Shown here: in pieces, positions 27,671 to 39,945 of the stretch | Layout of the letters: the number at the start of each line of letters is the position of its first letter | Numbering within the stretch: position 1 is the first letter of the stretch | Source of the DNA: Octopus vulgaris | Taxonomy: Eukaryota | Assembly: GCA_951406725.2 (NCBI GenBank) | Contig: OX597815.1 | Span: 174,034,001-174,098,000, forward strand | Reading direction: 5' to 3' | DNA: 64,000 bases | Notes under the pieces: model-generated | Databases searched by the model: none | What the model was told of the DNA's origin: nothing | What the model saw: only the letters and a program-made list of their open reading frames with translations | Program-made: the position numbers and the translations under genes

Positions 27671-28032
27671 TTGCTGAGAAATTACACAGTAAGAATATTG
27701 TAAATGCTTTATTAATAATATGCACTCTGTGAGGTTTATATTATGCCTACTGGATCATACATTGAATTTGCAAAGTGCTTCCCTTTGTAAGTAATTGAGA
27801 TATAACCAATCTCTCATCAGCTATTGGAATACTATACTAGTCAGGTTTGTACATGAAATATGGATGAGGTATATCTTTTTCCCTCTGAAGATATTATGCT
27901 CAGGTCATATAAATTTAATATTTACTTAATATTTACTGAGTATTAATTGAAACAGCTGTAAGGGATGATGATTAATTTGCTGTTAATAATAAACAATTAT
28001 TAACTTCCCAATCTCCATTTTCTTTTCCTTCT

Positions 28033-28125
<93 letters not shown>

Positions 28126-28158
28126 GAAAGAATGGAGTTGAACGACGAATTAACAAAA

Positions 28159-28257
28159 TTCCTTTATTTTTGACATATGTTTCGAAGGCTGCATATTCCT
28201 AATTTCGAAGGAATAAAGGGTGCATTATGCCGCCTTCTCATCAGGAAAAACAAGGAA
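28159..28257 (-). ncRNA. Type I hammerhead ribozyme (mirror copy)
   Basis: Mirror of the copy above, with fully paired stem II GAAGGC/GCCUUC then GAAACAUAUGUC. Confidence 0.7.
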
Positions 28258-28393
28258 CTTATGTCAGCATCAAGATGAACAAAAACTTTTAGATGACTGC
28301 CCACGCGGAGCCCATAGCGATAATCGATTATCGCTATGGGTTCCGTGTGGGCAGTCATCTAAAAGTTTTTGTTCATCTTGATGCTGACATAAG

Positions 28394-28492
28394 TTCCTTG
28401 TTTTTCCTGATGAGAAGGCGGCATAATGCACCCTTTATTCCTTCGAAATTAGGAATATGCAGCCTTTGAAACATATGTCAAAAATAAAGGAA
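28394..28492 (+). ncRNA. Type I hammerhead ribozyme
   Basis: CTGATGA at 28407-13, stem II GAAGGC/GCCTTT, GAAAC at 28468-72, stem III palindrome ACATATGT, GTC at 28477-79, stem I ttccttgttttt/aaaaataaaggaa. Confidence 0.7.
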
Positions 28493-28722
28493 TTTTGTTA
28501 ATTCGTCATTCAACTCCATTCTTTCATTTATTTGTATTAAAAAAACACACAAATTTCCACAGGAAAGCACGTGATCTCTGCCCTTGGCATGTAGCTTCAA
28601 CCGTGTTTTTCTGACATGAATTTGCTACCCAGGTATCGGTTAACCGAATTATCCATAATAAGATAATTCATTCAACTACTCTTATATATATATATATATA
28701 TGTATATATATACACACACACA

Positions 28723-29570
28723 CAGGGTGCAATGGGTAAATAGTCACCATTTAATATATAATATTGTGCATGTGCATTCTTTGTTTTTGATTTTGTCAAC
28801 TACACAGTATCCATTGGGCACTGTCTGTGAGAAAAGTAGCAATATGACGCAATTCACTCTACCAGAAATTTGGAAACAATATGCTGTAGTGCTTGGCATT
28901 TGTGCCAAAGCCCCAATATGAACATTATAGAATGTTGGGTGTCAATCTGAGGACATGTACCGAGAGAGATAAAAATCAAATATCCAGTCAACATCATGGT
29001 GTTTGGAGTGATCACTAGTGATGCCTCTGTTCATCTTCTCACACAGTCTCAGACTCAACATGTAGGCCTACATCAAGTGCTTGGAGGAGGTAGTGCTGCC
29101 CTGAGTCAAGAGGGTGGCTGCTGGAAGACCCTATATCTGGCAACAGGACACTGCACCATGCCACACAACCAGGAGAACCCAGTCATGACTGTCAGACAAT
29201 TTCTGTGACCACATAACCCCTAACATCTCACCACCTAACTACCCAGACTGCAACCTCCTTGATTATTATGTGTGAGGTTCAGTTGAGTAAGAGACCAACA
29301 AAACTGCTTGTAATACCAAAGATGAACTGGAGGCAAGGATTATGGCAGCATTCACCAACTTAAACAAGGAGACCATCCAGAAGAGTTACAGAAGATTCCA
29401 AAGTCGTCTGGAGGTCGTGGTTGAAGGTAATGACGATTTTATTAAATAAATTTACTCCTCAGTATTACAAGATAAATTTATGTAATTTTGGTAAATATAT
29501 CTGTTAAAATGAGATGTCTGTTATTTTCATTTTTGCATAATTTAGACAACAGCATATTCATTGCACCCTG
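28723..29570 (+). mobile_element. Tc1/mariner (maT/DD37D-like) deletion derivative
   Basis: TIRs cagggtgcaatg / cattgcaccctg. SPPNYPDCNLLDYYV* is a decayed WPPNSPDLNPLDY motif. Confidence 0.75.
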
Positions 29571-29676
29571 TATGTGTGTGTGTGTGTGTGTATGTATGTA
29601 TATACATATATATATATGTGTGTATGTGTATACATATATATGTATGCATGTATGTATATATGTATATGTACATATA

Positions 29677-29730
<54 letters not shown>

Positions 29731-30029
29731 ACATGAAGTAGCTATTTAACTTACTATGTGAACCACACATGTGCGCATGCCTACATCATCGGGGATGCTT
29801 GTATGAGTGAATGCATATGCACCATACAACCTATGTGAGGGCGTTTATACATCCATATCCATTAATGGTAATATTTAATACATTTTTTCGCTGTAATGTG
29901 TGTTTGTTTCTTCTTCGTATCTGTTAATTTATTATTGATCTTCTATATAAATGCAGATATATCCTTTAATTTGCTGCTTTTCTTTACACGAACTGAGAAG
30001 ATACATTGCAGAACTGTTATTTTATATCT

Positions 30030-30143
30030 ATTTATCATCTGAAGAGGCACATCTGCACCATTGGATGCTCTTGAACTAGTTGTCAAATATCCCATCCATG
30101 GGGGATTGGTGCTAGATGGGTTGAAACAATTGTAGAGATAAAT
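30030..30143 (+). ncRNA. Type I hammerhead ribozyme within a PLE-like insert (~29735-30262) between (TA)n tracts
   Basis: Stem I atttatc/gataaat, CTGAAGA at 30039-45, long stem II (catct.gcacca / tggtgc.agatg), GAAAC at 30123-27, ACAATTGT palindrome, GTA at 30132-34. Confidence 0.65.
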
Positions 30144-30258
30144 GAAAATTCTCGTATCTTACTTCTTCCATCTCTCATTAACCAAATACATAACGAACAC
30201 TGTGAAAGTGATCTTGCTTTACCAGTAAGCTACCAGGTATAAATCATTCGTTTTATTA

Positions 30259-30354
<96 letters not shown>

Positions 30355-30358
30355 TATA

Positions 30359-30410
<52 letters not shown>

Positions 30411-30749
30411 ATATTAAATTAGAGATAAAACCACTATTAGGCAAATCAAACAGTGAAAAACATAACCCAATACATAAAATTAATTTCAAAATATAAAAGT
30501 CAAAAATAAAAAATTATTTAAATAATTTAAACTTATAAATTTTATATATATATACAAATATATATATATATATGTATGTATGTATATTTTTATATTTATA
30601 TATTATTTTATTTATTAATTAATTAATTTATTTATTTTTTTTTTTTTAAATATCAAAAGTATTAAAAGTTTAATAAAAGATATATATATATATATATATG
30701 AATGTTTTGGCCCATGAGCTACTTGTTTACGTTCACAGTTGATTAAAAA

Positions 30750-30813
<64 letters not shown>

Positions 30814-31162
30814 GGAAAGCTTGCCAAATACCAGGAGCTGACAGAACACCACAGAATTCAAGGTTTGGCAGGTATGTGGCAAGTGAATTTAAGAAGAACT
30901 GCTAGGCTTTTGTGGAGTATTCACCCTGCAAAGCTCGGATGGGGCTTGGAATTACTGGTGCAGTAAAAAGTTGGTAATGGGTCATATATTCTATCATCTA
31001 GGATACAGAAAAAGTCACTTGATAACGTTGGATAAAATGGATGCAAAATCAACAACTAAGACTCCAGGAACAACAATGATGATGCATCCCAGAGCATCTG
31101 TGAGATGTGCCTTGGAACTATACATACACAGCATACACATATAGCAAAATACATACATACAT

Positions 31163-31253
<91 letters not shown>

Positions 31254-31254
<1 letters not shown>

Positions 31255-31527
31255 TATTGTGTCTGCAGAGTGAATCATTCTCTTTCGGTGCTTTATAATT
31301 TAACACACTCACCGGTAAAATTTCTACTTATTTCTTTCTTATTTTTCTAAAATTTTCATTGCGTCTTGCAACCTTTTCAATAGTCTTGGCTCTATTGAAA
31401 AGGTTGCAAGACAACAAAAATTTTAGAAAAATAAAAAAAAATAGAAAACAAATAAGTGGAAATTTTACCAGTGAGTGTGTTAAATTATAAGGCACCAAAA
31501 GAGAATGACTCTCCCCAGACACAACAG
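31254..31527. repeat. ~130-bp-arm imperfect inverted repeat in (TA)n (PLE-type fold-back), tail to ~31586
   Basis: Arms 31254-31383 and 31392-31527 with an 8-nt loop. Confidence 0.8.
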
Positions 31528-31586
31528 AATATGCTTCAACACATGAACTCACATAAAGAATCCTGCAAACCAAATCCAAACACGAA

Positions 31587-31644
<58 letters not shown>

Positions 31645-31645
<1 letters not shown>

Positions 31646-32245
31646 GTCAATCCGAGGATGTCTTATCCTCATAAGGGATTAATATATCCAAAAGTTGCAC
31701 TGGTTTAATCCACAACTCGTTCGAGGAAAGTCTAAATGATATGTATGGGATTTTTATAAGCATTATTCAATAAAAGTTGAGGAAATGAGAGTTGGTAAAG
31801 ATATAAATTAATTTATTAACATAGTCCCAAGGTAAAAACAATATTTTTTATTTATATTTTATTTTATTTTTTATTTTATTTTAATTATTGTTATCTTTAT
31901 TTATATTCTATACAGTTATAATTTTTTGTTTATTTGTATGATATTCTTAGCATATATGTACATACACTCCATATATAAGATAAACATTAACTTGATTTTT
32001 TTCATAAGCATGTAATCTCCATTGTTAAAAAACAAAATAAAAACCAAAGAGATTCTATTCTCTATTATTCAAAATGATCATTAATTCTCAACATTCAATT
32101 TAATCTAATTCTTGAAATTATGCATTTATTATGGAATCGAAACAGATGTAGTAGGTTTTTTCAAAATTTATTTGGATTCAATTTTTCCCGTGGAACTATG
32201 TTAATAAATTAATTTACATTTTTACCATCTCCATTTTCTTGATTT
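31645..32245 (+). mobile_element. PLE-like insert with partial inverted repeat and decayed HHR (32044-32150)
   Basis: 31780-31835 is inverted relative to 32180-32241. CCAAAGA-gattcta...tggaatc-GAAAC-agat-GTA. Confidence 0.5.
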
Positions 32246-32306
32246 TTATTTTATATATATATATACTTACTTGGAAATGGATGCATGGCTTTCAATCAAA
32301 TAATAG

Positions 32307-32353
<47 letters not shown>

Positions 32354-32463
32354 CATACACATACGTATATGGGTACAGGACGTCACCAAAAGTAAACAAC
32401 ATGAAATATGAAAACAAATGAGCTCAATATGCAAACGAGAGAAACAAATGGGAAGCAGAATAA

Positions 32464-32508
<45 letters not shown>

Positions 32509-32509
32509 A

Positions 32510-32820
32510 AGTCTTTTACTCTTTTATTTGTTTCAATCATTTGATTGTGGCTATGCTGGAGCACCACCTTTAGTCGGACAAATTAACCCCAGGACAAGTT
32601 CTTTGTAAGCCTAGAACTTATTCTATTGGCCTCTTATGCCAAACTGCTAAATTATGGGGACATAAACATACCGACATTGGCTGTCAAGCAAAGGTGGGGG
32701 GACAAACACAGACACACAAACATATACATACATACATATATATGACGATCTTCTTTCAGTTTCCACCTACCAAATCCACTCACAAAGCTTTGGTCGGCTC
32801 AAGGCTATAGTTGAAGACTG
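32510..32820 (-). mobile_element. CORE-type SINE fragment
   Basis: Homologous to 39551-39945. Confidence 0.7.
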
Positions 32821-32877
32821 TATATATATGTGTGTGTGTGTGTGTATACATATATATATATATACACACACATAAAC

Positions 32878-32922
<45 letters not shown>

Positions 32923-33039
32923 GTTTAAATATTTGTTGTGCAAGATTTTTTATGCGAAGTCGTGTGTTGAAACAGATATTGTTATATTTCGGAATGGTCA
33001 TTTTGCCAGTTTAGCCAATAAATGACCATTCCGAAATAT

Positions 33040-33076
<37 letters not shown>

Positions 33077-33796
33077 CTCATATATGTATGCATGTTTGTA
33101 TGTACGTAAGTAATTTGTTAAACAAACAGAGATCTACATATACACAAAGAGAAATTCTCTTCTAATAGTGGCAGAAGAGTTAAATCTAATCTTCTCTGAT
33201 ACAGTTAAAGCTATTTAGTAGCTGACTAGCTCATCAGTAGTGCTGAGAATAATAAAGACAACCAAAGTAGGTAGAAAACATTTGCTGCTTCAACAGTGTG
33301 TACTAACATTAATACAGACACCCAGACTTAGACAAGGATCAACTCCAAACTTTACTGCTTCTAGGTTTTGGTCATTACTCATGTTCTCCTGTGACTTAGT
33401 TTTAATGACTAACAGATAGACTGCTGTTTTCTTCCCCCACATCACTTTCTCTCTCCCATAGAGACACATATGCGTACACACAAATAATTTCTTGGACTTC
33501 TTCACATTTTATGGCTGCTGTCAGCTAACCTAATTACCTCATCATCAAATGATTATAATCTTAAATATCCAGTGATTACCCAACAAATGCAAACAAAACA
33601 TAATGAATGGTATTTGTTTTAAGTATAATTGTCATATACGAAAGTGACTTTTACCAGTGAATTTACTACATTTTTCTTTAGAGCCATTATGGCTTCAGTC
33701 ATATGCCTGAACTGGTTCTAGTGAAGTTGAAACCCAATGTGAATAAGACCAAAAAACACTTTTATGTGTCTCAAATTCAGATTTCAAAAATATATA

Positions 33797-33965
33797 AGCA
33801 CCCACTACACTCTCGGAGTGGTTGGTGTTAGGAAGGGCATCCAGTTGTAGAAACTCTGCCAGATTAGATTGGAGCCTGGTGCAGCCATCTGGTTCGCCAG
33901 TCCTCAGTCAAATCGTCCAACCCATGCTAGCATGGAAAGCAGACGTTGAACGATGATGATGATGA
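33797..33965 (+). mobile_element. RTE-type 3' end with (GAT)n tail
   Basis: Reverse complement of the 1201 family. Confidence 0.7.
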
Positions 33966-35879
33966 TATATATTTCCTTTTTGATTGATCAATAAAATAAA
34001 TATATTAACTCAAAAAAGTCTGTGAATGATCAGCCTTGGAGTTACCAATTTACAGTGAATTTTGGTTAAAAAAACACTATCTATTCAACAGTGGCTGAAG
34101 ACCTTATATGATAGATTGGATATTTTATTTAATTTAGAAGTTTTAATAAATCATTTTGTTTATTTGAGGATTTGAGCTCAAAACACGTCTATTTTTTTCA
34201 GTTATACTATCATCTCACAGTTGTGAACTGAATTGCCTCACAATATCTTTTAACAAACTGAAGCACTAGCATACCTAAAGTTGTGTGCATGATAATTTAA
34301 ATTGATCTAGACTACAGCCATATTAAAAGGGGGTAAATATTACCAAACAATGCTTCACTATACCAAACATAAAGACAACAACTCAAAATTGAGGCAAAAA
34401 GAACTGTTTTTTTTTAAAGGAGTTGACATAACCAGAATTCCAGTTAATTAGAATGAAAGATAAATAATGTGGTGAGGTTAAAAACTAAGCCAGCAAGTGT
34501 TTCCTGTTTTAGGTTTTGAGACAGTGAATTGGCAGTCGTAGAAGCATTGAATAGAATGCCTTGAGGTATTTGTTCTGACTCTATAAAGTCTGAGTTCAAA
34601 TCCCACAGAAATCAACTTTGCTTTTTATCTACTTGTGATTGATAAAATAACAGTCCAGTACAAGAATTAATTTTTCTCTCTCACTTTAGAAAAATAAAAT
34701 CTGCTATGGTCAAATCTGGAGAAGAATAAGCTCTATCAGATTTATAAATTTCAAAACACATCATATGTTATGATAGCACCCCTTCAACATCATCAGAAGT
34801 CGAGGGCCTACGGTACATTAATAAAGACTGGATAAAATCTGTATAGCTTTTGGTCTGTTGACCAATACTCTACTGACATACCATGATGTAACACTTCAAC
34901 ACCGCTTATATTATCTGGTTGACAATACATTACCAGAATTGCCAATACAAAAGTTATTCCTTCAAAATTACTGAAAAACTGTAATATAAATTGATATTGA
35001 CTTTCAACAGTAATAGGGCTGGTGAGCTATTTCACTGCTACAAATACTCTGAAATTGTTTGGATAACACAATATTTCAAAACTTTATATGCCTTAAGTTT
35101 GGTAACTTAATATCTAACAAGTCTCCTTTCATTTGTTACCATAAACAAAGCATATGCATTTAAATTTTACACAGTGTCATACAAATTCTTCTAATAAATT
35201 TCATATTTTCAAGGCTATATAGTTGCACAATTGATGATACTGAGCTTTTGATTTTGCTCAAAATTCTGATAAATTTTCTAAAAATATACTAAAACTTCAA
35301 CAATTGATTTTATATGCAATCTTCTATAAGATAGACATAAATTCCTTTATAATTTCTCCTCTCCTTTGATTTTATATAAGGGTAACGGCGATGAACATTT
35401 GAATATCCTATGACACATGAATATTATAAAACTGAAATCTGTAAAAGCTCAAACAGAAATATGTATGCATCAGCATCTAGTTGGGCAACTTGCCCAGACC
35501 AATAAGTCACATTGCTCTTTCAATAGCTGAATGTCTCATCTATGCATGCCACAACTACAGATGATAGCAGTAGTTCACAAACAGAACTGGTTGATCCTGG
35601 TTTGTTGATTGCTCATCCACTCAGCATCTAGTGATATCCACCATTGACTCAGTAAAAACATCAGCTGAAATAGTTCACATCCACCATGCTGCATCCCATG
35701 ATTTCATTGTAACCTTTCTGTAGTTACCAGGTGTTAGGCTTTGCCAAGAGGCCAACCATGAATTTGTCCAGGGATGTATGTATGCATAAAAACTCATAGA
35801 TATTTGTAATGTGTGTAGGTATCTGTAATTGTATACTCCTGAATGTGACAGTGTGTTCATGGAAGCTTATTTAAGTGTA

Positions 35880-36600
35880 TAATGATATGCAAAACACATT
35901 GCTAAAATTGCCAAGAAGGCTGAAGGTGTCTTGGCATCACTTACCAAGTCCTTTTTGAGCCGCTCTCCTGCTATCTATCTGAGGCTTTATATAGCTATTG
36001 TGCAGCCTCACCTGGAACTTGCATCACCGGTCTGGAACCCTTATCTTGCCCAGGATATTAATCGTCTGGAAACCATTCAGCGATGTACAACCAAGAGAAT
36101 ATGCTCCATAAGGCATTTGTCATATTCTGAACGCCTTACTTCCCTGGGGATGGATACATTGAAATTCCGACATCTGGCAGCTGACTTGGCAGACACCCAT
36201 AAAATTATTAACCATCTTACAAACAATAACTCTGAGCACCTTTTCAAACTCCACCTGTCTAACACCCGTGGACATGTTTACAAAATCAGAAAACAGCACA
36301 GTTCCCATGACTTTTGGAAACATTTTTTCATGCTAAGAGTTGCTGAAGCATGGAACAAACTGCCAGCATCAGTTGTTAGTTATCGGAGCACTGCATCCTT
36401 CAAAACTTCCATGCTTTCTGAGATTCGCCAACACTACATCTGATTTTCTCCCCTCCATACACATGCAAGCATGTATCTGACTCATACACTGTTCACTTCC
36501 CAGACATTTGCACATTACTGCATATGCTTTATACTCACTTTTGACGAGTTGTGGTGCACCTGAGCACTGTATACAATAATTTCATTATATATTATATTAT
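35880..36600 (+). mobile_element. CR1-group LINE 3' end (RT C-terminus)
   Basis: LYIAIVQPHLELASPVWNPY..DINRLETIQR..TKRI...FFMLRVAEAWNKLP, then a 3' UTR with an (ATT)n-like tail. Confidence 0.85.
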
Positions 36601-37849
36601 GCATAGCCTTTAAAAATCTACATTTTAAATCTAAACTATGCACTATAATTTGATTTATGTTTGATAATGAGATATCAATGAGACATTTCTAAATGCTGTA
36701 TCTTAGATCATGGTACACAAGTTTACTAACCATAGTAATTTAGCTTTTCCATTTCGTTGGTGATATGCAGCTAGCTGCTCATATAATCTATTCAGAATAG
36801 CAAAACAATTTTTTACCCAGCATTACTCTTTTCCCCACCACTTTGTTAAAAGTCTAATCCTTCTACATTCCTTTATTTTTATTTCAACGAAAATCTCAAG
36901 AATATGTTACTGCACAATATAATCTTAATAAACCTTCACATAAATCAAATATGCCAACTTATCTATTTAGTATAAAATTTCCCTAGTGGTTACATGATTT
37001 TTAGAAATACCCATCAAATTATGTAATTGGAGCCCTAATGATGTATGTATCTTTTAAGATAAGCAAGATCTAATTACAGCATGCTATGTTTTCCTCTTTG
37101 TGTTTTTGGCAAAAAAGCAGCATGCTTTTAGTGTGCTGTTCTCAAGATATAGATTTTATTTGTTTCAAAAAGTTACACTGAAAAAGAAAAACTATCCAGT
37201 TCTCCATGGAATTTCCACTTGAGCAATGCTTTACAGTTTATATATGCTCATCCATTAAAAAAATTCATGTTATTATTTTTGTGTTAGTACTTTATGCCTG
37301 TAGATGAATACCAAAATATTTGTCTTGTTATAAAGAAACAGTAAAATATATTCATCAAAGCAAGATATAATGACTTTGACATTGAAGATTTGATTTCTTT
37401 CTCTTTATATGAATTTATACTTATGATATAATTTAAATAATATGTATGTGTTTGTGCATGTGTGTTTATAATGAATTTTATGAACAACTGCATTCATATT
37501 CTTTAATATATGCAATTATTGTTCATATGTGGATTCTCAATGAACTGAAAGAATATTATAAAATAAATATTTTAAAACAATTAGAGAATTAACTTATACT
37601 ACTTAACACATTATTCCTCTATTGATTATTTGCTCAAAATATTGATTTCTTTTAATTTAGCATAAATCCAGTAAATGTTAGGAAGTTGTATAGTCGATTA
37701 AATAAAAGTATAATGAAGCTAAGCTTATAATTCCATGAATAGCTGGATGTTCATCAAGGTTTTGTTTTTGTCCTACTATTCAACATTCTGTTGTTCACAT
37801 CTGTTTCAGAAGAGCTTTTGTTTAGATGCTCATGAAAACTTCTGTATTC

Positions 37850-38057
37850 TTTCTTTTATTCTTTTACTTGTTTCAGTCATTTGACTACAGCCATGCTGGA
37901 GCACTGTCTTTTAGTCAAACAAATTTACCCCAGGACTTATTTTTTAAGCTTGGTACTTATTCTATTAGCCTCTTTTGCCAAATAGCTATGTTAAAGGGAT
38001 ATAAACATGCCAAAACCAGTTGTCAAGTGGTTATGGGTGGACAAACACAGACACAAA

Positions 38058-38100
<43 letters not shown>

Positions 38101-38115
38101 AAACACACACACACG

Positions 38116-38162
<47 letters not shown>

Positions 38163-38680
38163 CTTGTCATAAAGAAACAGTAAAATATATTCATCAAAGC
38201 AAGATATTATGAATTCAACATTGAAGATTTGATTTCCTTCTCTTTATATGAATTTATACTTATGATATAATTTAAATAATATGTATGTTCGGGTCTTTCA
38301 AAATGTGACCTCGTGTGTACCATTGGCGATTTTTTTTCCTCTGTCTTCCCTTCTCTGGATCTTTCCTTCTCCTATGTTTCCAACGAAGAGCTCTGCTCGA
38401 AATGTTAAACCCTCCTTCTTTCCTTCTTTCCTGAGCGTCCAATAATACTATATTTGTTCCACACCCTCGCGTTGTGTTTTTTTGTGCTTTCTTGTTTGGA
38501 TTAACTATATATATATATATACAATAGGCTCCTTTCAGCTTCCATCTGCCAAATCCACTCACAAGGCTTTGGTCGGCCCAAGGCTATAGTAGAAGACACT
38601 TGCCCAAGGTGCCACCAGTGGGACTGAACTCAGAACCATGTGATTGGGAAACAAGCATCTAACCATTCAACCATGCCTGA
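37850..38680 (-). mobile_element. CORE-type SINE with captured local DNA and an HHR element inserted in its microsatellite
   Basis: SINE halves at ~37850-38060 and ~38520-38680, with the insert at 38157-38505. Confidence 0.7.
38376..38410 (+). ncRNA. Minimal hammerhead motif (decayed)
   Basis: gttt-CCAACGA-a-gagc-tct-gctc-GAAAT-GTTA-aac. Sister of 53247-53281. Confidence 0.5.
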
Positions 38681-39115
38681 TGATATTTTTTTATGGCAAA
38701 ATCAATGAAGAATAGTAAAAGATATTGAAACTAGGAAAACTGGACAAACTGCATCCACCTCCATTAAATATTCTATGGTATTTCAATGTTGCTCATATAG
38801 GAAACAGTTTCCTGGAAAATATATATTTATATTACATATTATACATAACTAGTCCAGGAAGCTTTTGATACCACCTCACACAAGCAGAAAACCACCCAGG
38901 GGGCAGTGTTTCTACTAGAGCCAATAAATAATTTTTTTAAGGAAGAATCAAAAAAAAAATTGTAAAAGAAATGTAGTTCATATAGGAAACAGTTTCCTGG
39001 AAAATATATATTTATATTACAATGTGTTGGCTATAGCTTCTCTGGGTTGCTGAGAAATCAGTGCATCAGGATTTAATTCTATATCACAACAGTGTCATAC
39101 GAGCAAATATGACAT

Positions 39116-39490
39116 ATACAAAGTAGTATCAAAAAGTTCCCAGACTAGTTTTGGAGTGTGCCAACAGATAGCAGCATATGGTTGTGTGTGCAGTGAGAGC
39201 TAGCAGTGACCTTCATGTGGCAGTGTACAAAGTGACATCACTGTGTTTACTTTGCATGTTGTGAAATTTGTGTTTTTGTGATCATGTGTAAGCTGTAGTC
39301 TGTGATTTTGTCATAGACAGGAACATGGTATCACTTCTGCGCCTGCCCTATTCACCAGATTTAGCACCTGTGAACTTCCATCTCTTCGCCAAGATGAAAA
39401 TGCAGCTCAAAGGTCACTGTTTTAACACTGTTGCTGAAATCCAGAATGAATCGCAAAAGACTCACTTACAGACTCACTTACAGAAAACAG
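39116..39490 (+). mobile_element. mariner internal-deletion fragment
   Basis: LPYSPDLAPVNFHLFAKMKMQLKG motif (ORF 39325-39525) after a TIR-like 5' end. Confidence 0.8.
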
Positions 39491-39550
39491 AAGACTCATC
39501 TAGATGTTTAAATTTAGATAAATAATTTATTTTTTATTATACATAACTAG

Positions 39551-39714
39551 GCATAGGAGTGGCTGTATGGTAAGTAGCTTGCTTATGAGCCACATGGTTC
39601 TGGGTTCAGTCCCACTGCGTGGCACCTTGGGTAAGTGTCTTCTACTATAGCCTCGGGCCGACCATTATGAGTGGATTTGGTAGATGGAAACTGAAAGAAG
39701 CCCATCGTGTATAT

Positions 39715-39750
<36 letters not shown>

Positions 39751-39945
39751 ATATATTTGTGTGTCTGTGTTTATCCCCCCAACATCACTTGACAACCAAT
39801 GCTGGTGTGTTTACGTCCCCATAACTTAGTGGTTCGGCAAAAGAGACCGATAGAATAAGTACTAGGCTTACAAAGAATAAGTCCTGGGGTCGATTTGCTC
39901 GACTAAATAGCTGAAACGAGTAAAAGAGAAAAGAGGGAAAGAGTA
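39551..39945 (+). mobile_element. CORE-type tRNA SINE (near full length)
   Basis: tRNA-like head (tggctgtatggtaag; gggttcagtcc), CORE-like ggcaccttgggtaag, internal (TA)/(TG) microsatellite. Confidence 0.8.

Larger units (their letters stand above)
28120..28531. repeat. 412-bp near-perfect palindrome with one HHR per arm (PLE-type), tail to ~28683, in (TA)n
   Basis: Centre at 28325/28326 (taatc|gatta), no loop. Four mismatches seen, all transitions. Confidence 0.9.
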
